Source: an uncultured Candidatus Saccharibacteria bacterium
GTDB lineage: Bacteria; Patescibacteriota; Minisyncoccia; Phycocordibacterales; UBA918
DNA: 64,000 nucleotides
Direction: 5' to 3'
Assembly (NCBI GenBank): GCA_964552045.1
Contig: CAZKFF010000007.1
Location: 3,949-67,948 of the forward strand
The position numbers and the translations under genes were made by a program. The notes under the pieces were generated by a model. The model had not been told where the DNA came from, did no database searches, and saw only the letters and a program-made list of their open reading frames with translations. This document shows, piece by piece, positions 42,205-50,358 of this stretch (position 1 is the stretch's first letter; the number at the start of each line of letters is the position of its first letter).

Positions 42205-44808
42205 CTACAACGTTGGACTCAGGATAGTATGTAGTGATGAGATCAGCTTCTCCTTCTGTGTATCTACACTTTGGAGGAGTTCACCAATCCCCCCTTCAAT
42301 CTTATTAAATTCTTGATTAATTTTTTGCTGCTTTGATTGCTTAATTTGGGGAGTTCGAATTGTTCCGAGAGTATCAAAACTCAAAGAATCGCGTATTGAA
42401 CCTGTCGAAACAACATCCATATACATCTTATAGAATGGTGATCGAAGCAAATGTACTAAAAATTGTGGATCATATTGGGTTGAACGAAACACAACATACG
42501 CAGGACTAACATATGCACCATCGTACTCTTCAGATACTACCCCTATACTTCCAATATTTATACGATATGGATTATAAGCAATGTCACCTTTGCTTACCCG
42601 CTTGTATGACTGCGTAAAATCCTCCCCTTTAAGATAATTATTAAGAGAGATTTTTCCATCATTTGTGACTGAAAGTATCGGATACTCAGCATCCATTTCC
42701 TCATCAGTTCTTGGACGGAATCGTTCACTATGTTCCTTGATAACTCCAGCCAGCGGTTCAAAAGAATTGAGTATATCTCCAACTTGGTAGCGCAAAAAAT
42801 AAAATGGTGGATCTAATCTATTCTCAATCTCACTGAAATTGACGACAAATGAAGTCTTTAGTCCTTTTTGAGTACCCCTTATAGTTTGTTCGACACGTCG
42901 CAGAGGTTTCTCGTCGTAGTGATTTTTTGCAAATTCAATCACATCAATATCTGGCGTTGAGATAACCTGTTGTTTAACAAAGTCCTCAAGGATCAAATCA
43001 AGATCTGTTTTTTCATCTTTTTTTACGATCAAACGCCCGCTGGGTTCATATCCCACGAACTCGGCAGATGCCATGAAAATCGGATAATTGAAATCTGGAT
43101 TAGTAGCTAGTAACTTTCTGATTTGGTCTACATTTTTACCTTTTGTTTGCTCTTCGTAGAGTTTCCTTTTTTCTTCAGTAAACTTCTGCACGTAGAGTAC
43201 ACAGGTCTTTACAGTCTGTACTCCAGACTGGACAAAGGTGTGCGTGGGTAGCGAAATTATACCCCGAACCTCAACTTCACTGTGCAGATAATCTCTTACA
43301 TATTGATAACTTTCGTTGCTCAAAATACCCTGCGGAATTACTATAAGCATTTTCCCTTGGGGGCGAAGCAACTTTATTCCTTTTTCAAGGAAAAGTATCT
43401 CAGTTTTCTGTGACCCACGCTCCGCCTGCTTGCTACCGAGTTCATAACGACGGAGAACTTCCGGTTTCTTTTCTGCACTACCGAAAGGAGGATTGGCTAA
43501 AATGACACTGCACCCACTATTTTTTACCTCAGGATCATATTCGGTCGGCTCGTAGGCTTTTCCATTAAAATCAACGTCATCAAGGGCATTACCTCGAACC
43601 ACATTTTTCCCATCCCCCCACATAAGCATGTTCATTTTTGCTGTACGCGCTGCTCGTGGTTCAGCATCTATCCCATGCAACTGGCCTACTCGTATGTCAT
43701 CCATGAATTCGTCCTTGTTTACACCCAGTCGATCCCAAGTACCATCTGGCAATTGATCAACCAAACGTTGCATCCTTTCGAATGCTTTGATCAAAAAACC
43801 ACCAGAGCCGCATGCAAAATCAACAACAACATCATGTATTGATATTTCAGCGAGATCTACCATAAAGTTGACGACGGGGCGAGGTGTGAAGAACTGGCCC
43901 AGCCCTTTGCCTCGCAATTGTGTTGGCAAGAACTCCTCAAAAGCTCGCCCCTTTACGTCAACTTCCCCACTCCGAACGTGAAATCCCTGCATCGCACTTA
44001 AGACTTGCTTAAGAGTTTGAAGTGAGAGATTTATTTTAGTGTTCTCTTCAAAAATATCTGAATAAAATTCTCGAGTTACTTTACTGAACCACATATTTAC
44101 GTGGTCCCTGCCGGTACCCAATGTCTCGAGCTCCTCAATACGTTCTGGTGTCAAAACTGATTGTCCCCCCTTCTGTTTTTTCCACTCATCTTCTGCTGCT
44201 TTGAGGAATAATATTTTACTCATTTCATCAAAAGAACCTGCAGGATCCAACTTATCTCCATCTCGAATAATGTTATGAATGCTTCTGAAAAATCTGCGAT
44301 AATCTTTTATCTTTTGCTCGTCAGGTCTCTCAACCTTGTTTTCTTGCTCACTCATGGCAGACAAGACATTTGCAAACGAGATCAGCTCTTTCAGTTTCTT
44401 CCAGTTATTCTTTTTGAGCTCCTCGACGCTTTCCTCAAGAATGTTTATACGACTATTGAAAGAGTAGTACCCTCGTAGGATAAACCGACGGCCATTTGTG
44501 ACAATACTATAAGGAGTCTGGAGAGCAAACGCGTAGGAGTCAACTTGGTCAATTCCTGACTGAAGTGTTTCAGTTGGCTTCTTTGCCTCAACAACTAGAA
44601 CTGGTTTACCATTATGAAATGCAACCAGATCAGCTTTTTTGGTTGTTTTCTGCCTACCGAAAGTAAGTTTAACTGGATAGTCAGTTTGAATACTCTCTTC
44701 TGGATACCCTAGAGTATCTTTGAAGAGGGGGTAGACTAATTTTGTTTCAATATCCCTTTCAGATTCAATAATATTTAAAGTCGGCATATCAGATAAAAAT
44801 ACGAACAA
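42205..44808 (-). CDS. Fused restriction-modification-specificity enzyme (Type IIG/IIB-like: HsdR-N-type PD-(D/E)xK nuclease plus gamma-class N6-adenine MTase plus HsdS-type TRD)
   Basis: N-terminus ...KADLVAFHNGKPVLVVEAKK (HSDR_N-like D...EAK). MTase motif I VDFACGSGGFL and motif IV ANPPFG. C-terminal 250 aa resembles a single HsdS target-recognition domain. No helicase domain. AT-rich. Confidence 0.8.
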   Translation of the reverse strand: MFVFLSDMPTLNIIESERDIETKLVYPLFKDTLGYPEESIQTDYPVKLTFGRQKTTKKADLVAFHNGKPVLVVEAKKPTETLQSGIDQVDSYAFALQTPYSIVTNGRRFILRGYYSFNSRINILEESVEELKKNNWKKLKELISFANVLSAMSEQENKVERPDEQKIKDYRRFFRSIHNIIRDGDKLDPAGSFDEMSKILFLKAAEDEWKKQKGGQSVLTPERIEELETLGTGRDHVNMWFSKVTREFYSDIFEENTKINLSLQTLKQVLSAMQGFHVRSGEVDVKGRAFEEFLPTQLRGKGLGQFFTPRPVVNFMVDLAEISIHDVVVDFACGSGGFLIKAFERMQRLVDQLPDGTWDRLGVNKDEFMDDIRVGQLHGIDAEPRAARTAKMNMLMWGDGKNVVRGNALDDVDFNGKAYEPTEYDPEVKNSGCSVILANPPFGSAEKKPEVLRRYELGSKQAERGSQKTEILFLEKGIKLLRPQGKMLIVIPQGILSNESYQYVRDYLHSEVEVRGIISLPTHTFVQSGVQTVKTCVLYVQKFTEEKRKLYEEQTKGKNVDQIRKLLATNPDFNYPIFMASAEFVGYEPSGRLIVKKDEKTDLDLILEDFVKQQVISTPDIDVIEFAKNHYDEKPLRRVEQTIRGTQKGLKTSFVVNFSEIENRLDPPFYFLRYQVGDILNSFEPLAGVIKEHSERFRPRTDEEMDAEYPILSVTNDGKISLNNYLKGEDFTQSYKRVSKGDIAYNPYRINIGSIGVVSEEYDGAYVSPAYVVFRSTQYDPQFLVHLLRSPFYKMYMDVVSTGSIRDSLSFDTLGTIRTPQIKQSKQQKINQEFNKIEGGIGELLQSVDTQKEKLISSLHTILSPTL

Positions 44809-44902
44809 ACGTCAGAATTTTATTGTACACCCTGAGGGTGTGGGGTGGGAAGAGAAGTTATTAGGAGGGTACCATTACTCAATATTAACAAAACAAGAGG
44901 CT

Positions 44903-45424
44903 TTACAATTGAAGAACTGTGCTTATCTTCTCAACCTCTTCCTGAAAATCGCTCCCAACCACCACCCTTCGGAGCGGCAAACCGGCTTTTTTAAATATCT
45001 CATCCTTTCGCCTGTCTTTTTCTATTTGGGCATCATTGTTGTGGTACTTTCCATCAAGCTCAATAGCGAGTAGAGGCCTGAACTGCAGATCGCAAATAAG
45101 AAAATCAATATGCTTGGGTAGAATTTTGTTTCTCCGAACTTTATATCCGTCGCCTTTTACAGTCTCCAGAACGTCCGCAATCCGCATGTTTGGAAAAATA
45201 AAAAAGTCATCTCCCAGTTCCTTCTCAAGAAGATAGTAAAAAGACGCCTCACTGGCGTTCAGTACACGCCGCTTTATTCGGTACTCAGGAAGTATTCGTA
45301 TCTCTTTTTCTTCTTCGGCGAGAGCAGTTTCGGCTTCTATCATCCGTCTGATTTTCTTGCGGAACCACAGAACCACAAACATCAGGATGAGAAGCCAAAA
45401 GAGTAACGAGAAGATCAGTTCCAT
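44903..45424 (-). CDS. DUF2726-like membrane-anchored PD-(D/E)xK nuclease-fold protein
   Basis: N-terminal TM, then HIDFLICD ... LAIELDGKYH ... D (restriction-endonuclease-like D / E-x-K arrangement). Confidence 0.55.
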   Translation of the reverse strand: MELIFSLLFWLLILMFVVLWFRKKIRRMIEAETALAEEEKEIRILPEYRIKRRVLNASEASFYYLLEKELGDDFFIFPNMRIADVLETVKGDGYKVRRNKILPKHIDFLICDLQFRPLLAIELDGKYHNNDAQIEKDRRKDEIFKKAGLPLRRVVVGSDFQEEVEKISTVLQL

Positions 45425-45452
45425 GTCTTTTCATTATATATCCTGAACAGCA

Positions 45453-46271
45453 CTATAACACCGATTTGTTTTCATTGAGTGCATCAAGCGCGTCCATGTC
45501 CTCAAGCGCAAGCTCAAAGTCGAAGACGTCGATATTTTCCTGAATGCGCTCCTTGTGAACCGACTTCGGAATCGGCACGCAGCCGTGCTGCAGGCTCCAG
45601 CGTATGAGTACTTGGGCGTTGGTCTTGTCGTATTTCACCGATACCTCGTCTATGCGCTGGTCATTGAGCTTCCACCCGCGGGCAAGCGGACTGTATGCCT
45701 CGAGCACAATGCTGTGTTCCCTGCAGTAGTTTAAGAGACGCGCATTGTACTTGAACGGATGGAACTCCACCTGATTGACCGCCGGCATGAGGTTCGCGTA
45801 GTTCTTCATCTCTTCGAGGTTCTCTATGGAGTAGTTGGAAACACCGATGGCCTTCGCCTTCCCTGAGGCATGTATTTCCTCCATGGCCTTCCATGACGCC
45901 TGACGGATGTCTTTGTCTTCGCTTGGCCAATGCACGAGATAGAGGTCAACATACTCCTGCTGCAGTCTAGAGAGCGACTGGTCGATCGCTTCGTGTGCGC
46001 TCTCATACCCTTGATCGGCGTTCCACAGCTTGGTGGTGAGGAAGATATCCTGCCGGGGTACAGCCGCCTCAGCAAGCGCGCTGCCCACGCCAGCTTCATT
46101 GCCGTAGATCTTCGCAGTATCAATAAGCCGGTACCCGGCCTGCAGCGCCCAGGCGATAGCCTGCTTCACCTCTTCGCCATCCGCAGCCTGCCATACCCCC
46201 AGGCCGATAACAGGCATACAAAGACCGTTTTCGAGCTTCACTTTCGAATCGCTCTGTAGTGATGTGTCCAT
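45453..46271 (-). CDS. Aldo/keto reductase (2,5-diketo-D-gluconate reductase-like)
   Basis: KLENGLCMPVIGLGVW N-terminus, catalytic tetrad context (D..Y..K..H: IDTAKIYGNE, LVHWP), IGVSNY. Confidence 0.8.
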   Translation of the reverse strand: MDTSLQSDSKVKLENGLCMPVIGLGVWQAADGEEVKQAIAWALQAGYRLIDTAKIYGNEAGVGSALAEAAVPRQDIFLTTKLWNADQGYESAHEAIDQSLSRLQQEYVDLYLVHWPSEDKDIRQASWKAMEEIHASGKAKAIGVSNYSIENLEEMKNYANLMPAVNQVEFHPFKYNARLLNYCREHSIVLEAYSPLARGWKLNDQRIDEVSVKYDKTNAQVLIRWSLQHGCVPIPKSVHKERIQENIDVFDFELALEDMDALDALNENKSVL

Positions 46272-46360
46272 ACAGAGCATCATACACAACAGCAATGAAG
46301 ATTCCATGGATTTTACATTGAGCGCATTGCCGGTACCTGAACTGTGATACACTCAAATCA

Positions 46361-47806
46361 ATGGTGCGTCGTGTCCCCATCCTCATACCTGTACTGGTAC
46401 TTTCTTTCATACTTGCGGTTATTCTCGGAGCTTCCGTGGTCTTTCACACAGACGCTTTTTTAGGGAACGTGATCGTCTATGACGGTTCGTCTTTCACTCC
46501 GGAAACGCTCACGGTTTCGCTCGGCGAAACCGTGATATTCAAAAACAAAAGTGGGCAGCCCTTCTGGCCCGCGTCGAATCTGCATCCGTCGCATCTGCAG
46601 TGGTCAGAGTTCGACCCGAAAGAACCCATAGCCGCAGGGGAAAGCTGGAGCTTCACCTTCACGAAAGCAGGCAACTGGGGATACCATGACCACATCGCTC
46701 CTACCCTAGGCGGCGTGGTGCGCGTGCGTGACGAGAACGGGGACACAGTAGACCCAAACGACTGTACGATCGCATCGAATAAGCTCCGCTGCTGGGAAAA
46801 GGACATAACCGCGCTTTTGGACAAGGGAGACGTCGAAGGCGCCTTCGACTACATGGCGCAACAGGAGGAAGAACCGTACTTTCTGCAGAACTGCCATGCG
46901 CTCGTACACCTCATCGGCGAATCCGCGTACACTCTTTTCTCCAGCGGCGAACAATTCGAGATCAGCCAGAAGACCACATACTGCGGATATGGGTTCTACC
47001 ATGGGTTCATGGAGACTCTTCTGACCACAACCGGAGACCTGCAGGAGGCGCTCGATTTCTGCGCGTATGTCAATGACGCGCTCGGCCAGGCGAAAGAGGA
47101 TGCGCGCGACGCCTGCTACCACGGCATCGGACACGGAGCAGTTGACGGCGGCGACCCGCGCACGTGGGGAGATGCCTACGCGGTCATCCAGCCGGCCTTG
47201 CAGCTGTGCGACAGGATCACCGTCAATACGCTTGAGGAAGTGCAGTGCGGAAGCGGCGTGTTCGACGGTCTTGTGACCGCGTACAGTGAACAGAGCTTCG
47301 GCTTCAGCGAGATCCCCGAAGACTTCTACACGCTCTGCGCTGAAGTGGAGAACCCCCACTACAAGGAAGGCTGCTACCGGCAGATGAATCCGCTTGCCGC
47401 CTATTTCGGAGAAGGCGACATACAGAAAACGTTTGATCTTGTCAAAAATATTTCCGAGCCGGCATACCGCGGAGCGGCAATGAGCACGGTCATAGCGACG
47501 TTTGCACGAAACCGTATGGACAAAGCCGATTACGACACGATCATAAACGCATGTCATACGCTTGAGAAGGATCTGCGTAAAAGCTGCATCACCGGCTTCG
47601 TCACACGACTCATGGGGTATGGCACGCCTGAAACCGGCTATCTGCTCGGTATTGATTTCTGCAGATCAGACCTGCTTCAGGGCGAGGAACGGACCATGTG
47701 TTTTGCGACGGTCCCTTCAGCTTCCTATACTCGTAAGGCCGCCTGCGAAGCCATAACACCGTACACCGACATCTCTGTGATCGTCGGGTGCCATCAATTC
47801 CAATGA
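46361..47806 (+). CDS. Exported two-module protein, family A (paralog 3, dispersed copy)
   Basis: TM anchor. QPFWPASNLHPSHLQWSEFD...WGYHDHIAPTLGGVVRV, then CHALVHLIGE / CGYGFYHGFMETL / CYHGIGHGAVDGGD. Confidence 0.7.
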   Translation: MVRRVPILIPVLVLSFILAVILGASVVFHTDAFLGNVIVYDGSSFTPETLTVSLGETVIFKNKSGQPFWPASNLHPSHLQWSEFDPKEPIAAGESWSFTFTKAGNWGYHDHIAPTLGGVVRVRDENGDTVDPNDCTIASNKLRCWEKDITALLDKGDVEGAFDYMAQQEEEPYFLQNCHALVHLIGESAYTLFSSGEQFEISQKTTYCGYGFYHGFMETLLTTTGDLQEALDFCAYVNDALGQAKEDARDACYHGIGHGAVDGGDPRTWGDAYAVIQPALQLCDRITVNTLEEVQCGSGVFDGLVTAYSEQSFGFSEIPEDFYTLCAEVENPHYKEGCYRQMNPLAAYFGEGDIQKTFDLVKNISEPAYRGAAMSTVIATFARNRMDKADYDTIINACHTLEKDLRKSCITGFVTRLMGYGTPETGYLLGIDFCRSDLLQGEERTMCFATVPSASYTRKAACEAITPYTDISVIVGCHQFQ

Positions 47807-47815
47807 TCGCCAGAC

Positions 47816-47838
47816 AAAAAGCACCCGAAGGTGCTTTT
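47816..47838 (+). terminator. Rho-independent terminator after family A paralog 3
   Basis: aaaagcacccgaaggtgcttttcgcc hairpin plus T-run. Confidence 0.5.
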
Positions 47839-48014
47839 CGCCGCAGCTGACACTCCATCTTACTGGAGCGGGCTACTTAAGTATTTTACAACAAGCGGAT
47901 GAGCGCTTGTCTATTGGTGTCTCAGGAAAGAACTAATAAATAACAATTTCACATACAGTAAGCCACAGACACATGAAGATGGCATGAAACTGATGAACCT
48001 CCGTTTAACGGGGC

Positions 48015-48752
48015 TCATTCCACCTCCAAAAGGAGCGGAGCGTGGTCAGAAACCACATCGGGGAGCACTGCAAATTCCTTTACGCGCAGGCCCTTTGAGA
48101 CGAACATGTAGTCCGCAAATTTCTCCGGCTTGTCATAGAAGGAGGTGCGGGTTGAAGTGATGCCGTACTCTGCAACCAGGTTGCGCAGTCCGGTGTCTTC
48201 GATGATCTTCATGCTCTGCGTATCCGGCAGCAGGTTGAAGTCGCCGCAGAAGATGACCTCTCCTTCGACCTCCGCAATAAACGCGGCGATCTTCCTGGAC
48301 TGCTCTATCCGCTCGGAGCAGTCCGTCTTTCCTTTGCCGTTCCACAGTCCGTGGAAGTTGATGATGGTAAGCGGAACTCCGTTGAACGTCATATGTCCGT
48401 ATTGGAGGTTCTTCGCAGTATGCCCCAGAACTTCGCGCTCCATGTCGTGCCCTTTATACAGATGCACGTACGACTCTCCGACCTCATGGAATGCGATGCT
48501 CTTTTCTGCAAGGAGCGCCAGACCCCACCAGTCGCCCAGATGCGGATGGTAGAAAACGGCATGGTCAGGAAGCACATTCCTGATGTCGTCGAGCGTATCG
48601 AGATTCGCCATCTTCCAGATGGTGTCTTTTCCGTGGGCGTTATGGTACACCTCCTGCAGACAGAATACATCAATATCGTTCCTGCGCCTGAAGAATTCCA
48701 TGAGTTCGTTCCGCATGCGGCCTCCCCACAGATTGAGACTTACGAGCTTCAT
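48015..48752 (-). CDS. Endonuclease/exonuclease/phosphatase (EEP) family protein
   Basis: Nuclease-fold motifs LQEV, CGDFN and SDHAPLLLEV. Confidence 0.75.
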   Translation of the reverse strand: MKLVSLNLWGGRMRNELMEFFRRRNDIDVFCLQEVYHNAHGKDTIWKMANLDTLDDIRNVLPDHAVFYHPHLGDWWGLALLAEKSIAFHEVGESYVHLYKGHDMEREVLGHTAKNLQYGHMTFNGVPLTIINFHGLWNGKGKTDCSERIEQSRKIAAFIAEVEGEVIFCGDFNLLPDTQSMKIIEDTGLRNLVAEYGITSTRTSFYDKPEKFADYMFVSKGLRVKEFAVLPDVVSDHAPLLLEVE

Positions 48753-48828
48753 AGCGTGTCTATTATTGTACGCTCAGCAGAAAACGCAAGGGCAAACACC
48801 GCCCACAAAACCTCCATTCTCTGGTATT

Positions 48829-49563
48829 ATGGAAGTTACTATGGCAGCGTTTCCCCCCGAGGTTGTATGCATCACTTCAACTGCGCAGGACGGCAATATG
48901 GATTTCCGTTTCGGCGAAAAAGAAACGGTGATCGCCAACCGCACTCACTTTTTGGAAAAGCATGGCATTCTCTACGAGGACCATATCGCCATGCGCTGCG
49001 ACCACGGGGACATCATTTCGCTTGTCACCTCCTTCAGCCCTGAAGCAGGCGCGACAAGCCAGGAGGACCAGATACACAGTGAGGTACTGGTAACACAGGA
49101 GAGGAATCTTGCATTGCTGCTTCTTACTGCAGACTGCCAGCCGACGAGCTTTTTTGATCCCGTGTCGCAAACCATCGCGCTTGCCCACATAAGCCGCAAG
49201 ACGCTCTGCAACAGGCTGTCCGAAAAGACTGTGCGCTTCCTGCAGGACACGTTCGGCACCAATCCCACTGACCTGCTGGTGACCATCGGCCCTTCTATAC
49301 AAAAAGATTCCTACTCATTTCCGCTTCCCCTTGCACAGATCCATCCGCTTCTTGAGGGATATATACAAGAAAAAGACGGATACGCGCACATAGACCTCAT
49401 CGGTGCCCACACGCAACAGCTGCGTGAGCTCGGCATTTCTGATGCACAGATCACTGTTTCGCGCGAAGACACTGCATCGGCAGACTACTTCTCCTACCAC
49501 CGGGCAAAAAAAGAGGGTACGGAAGACGACGCGCGCATGGCGACGATACTAATGCTGCGCTAA
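48829..49563 (+). CDS. YfiH/PgeF family (DUF152, laccase-domain / peptidoglycan editing factor)
   Basis: Conserved ...LLLLTADCQP... and H-containing motifs of the DUF152 family. Start at internal ATG (MEVTMAAF...). Confidence 0.7.
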   Translation: MEVTMAAFPPEVVCITSTAQDGNMDFRFGEKETVIANRTHFLEKHGILYEDHIAMRCDHGDIISLVTSFSPEAGATSQEDQIHSEVLVTQERNLALLLLTADCQPTSFFDPVSQTIALAHISRKTLCNRLSEKTVRFLQDTFGTNPTDLLVTIGPSIQKDSYSFPLPLAQIHPLLEGYIQEKDGYAHIDLIGAHTQQLRELGISDAQITVSREDTASADYFSYHRAKKEGTEDDARMATILMLR

Positions 49564-49569
49564 GGTATA

Positions 49570-49607
49570 AAACAAAACGCCCGGCAATTGCCGGGCGTTT
49601 TGTTTTA
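49570..49607. terminator. Bidirectional rho-independent terminator
   Basis: aaaacaaaacgcccggcaattgccgggcgttttgtttt: perfect hairpin with flanking A- and T-tracts between convergent genes. Confidence 0.65.
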
Positions 49608-50306
49608 TACGTTGAGCGTCCACTGCTCGAGCGCAAGATCGATATCCGATTCTCCCAGATGACCTTTATGGTATACCGCAAGCAGACTCCGCGAGAGACG
49701 TTCGATGTCGCCCTCCTTGAAGGACGACAATGCGCGCTTCGCCTTGTTGTATGGAAAATCCTTCATACCTGCTTCCGCAGCAGTATGCGTGCGCGCAGCC
49801 AGACGAAGCGTCTTCAACTGCCACCACAAGGTGCCGATGATCTCCTCGGAGGAAAGCCCGGCCTGTTTAGCCTCCCACAAACCGAGCCACAGCGTCTTCT
49901 TGTCCTTCCGCGCGAGGCTGTCTGCAAGCGCAAACACATTGAAACTGCGTGCCTTGTCCACCGATAGTTCCGTCATGGACACAGCGTGCTTCCCGTATGT
50001 TTTTTTGGGTGCGGTAAGGAGCGGCCCTTCGATGATGACAAACAGATTCGGCGATTCACCCAGTGCGGGAAGAAGGTCCTGCACCTCCTGCATGAATGCT
50101 GCAGATGCGGACGGCGTATCGAGCAGATACGCGGTCTCATCGCCGAAAAGCGATACCGCTCCGGCTGCATCCTGCAGCACGCCTTCCTGGAAGGAATCGG
50201 CGTCAATACGCTGTATCCTTATTCCCTTCTCCTCGAAGGGAGCGAAGAACGCATACGCTTGTGTGCGAACCAGAACCGTATCATTGCCATAGAAAAGGTG
50301 GATCAT
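49605..50306 (-). CDS. holA: DNA polymerase III delta subunit-like (HolA)
   Basis: N-terminus MIHLFYGNDTVLV and C-terminal helical domain ...LLAVYHKGHLGESDIDLALEQW typical of delta subunits. 233 aa (short). Confidence 0.6.
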   Translation of the reverse strand: MIHLFYGNDTVLVRTQAYAFFAPFEEKGIRIQRIDADSFQEGVLQDAAGAVSLFGDETAYLLDTPSASAAFMQEVQDLLPALGESPNLFVIIEGPLLTAPKKTYGKHAVSMTELSVDKARSFNVFALADSLARKDKKTLWLGLWEAKQAGLSSEEIIGTLWWQLKTLRLAARTHTAAEAGMKDFPYNKAKRALSSFKEGDIERLSRSLLAVYHKGHLGESDIDLALEQWTLNV

Positions 50307-50358
50307 GCTTTGATTGTAGCGTATTACGCCGGTTGTGAGAAAAGAGGAGGAAAAAGCC

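Noticed and set aside
46706-47557. 283-aa minus-strand ORF inside family A paralog 3
   Set aside because: Antisense shadow. The sense ORF is supported by two paralogs elsewhere.
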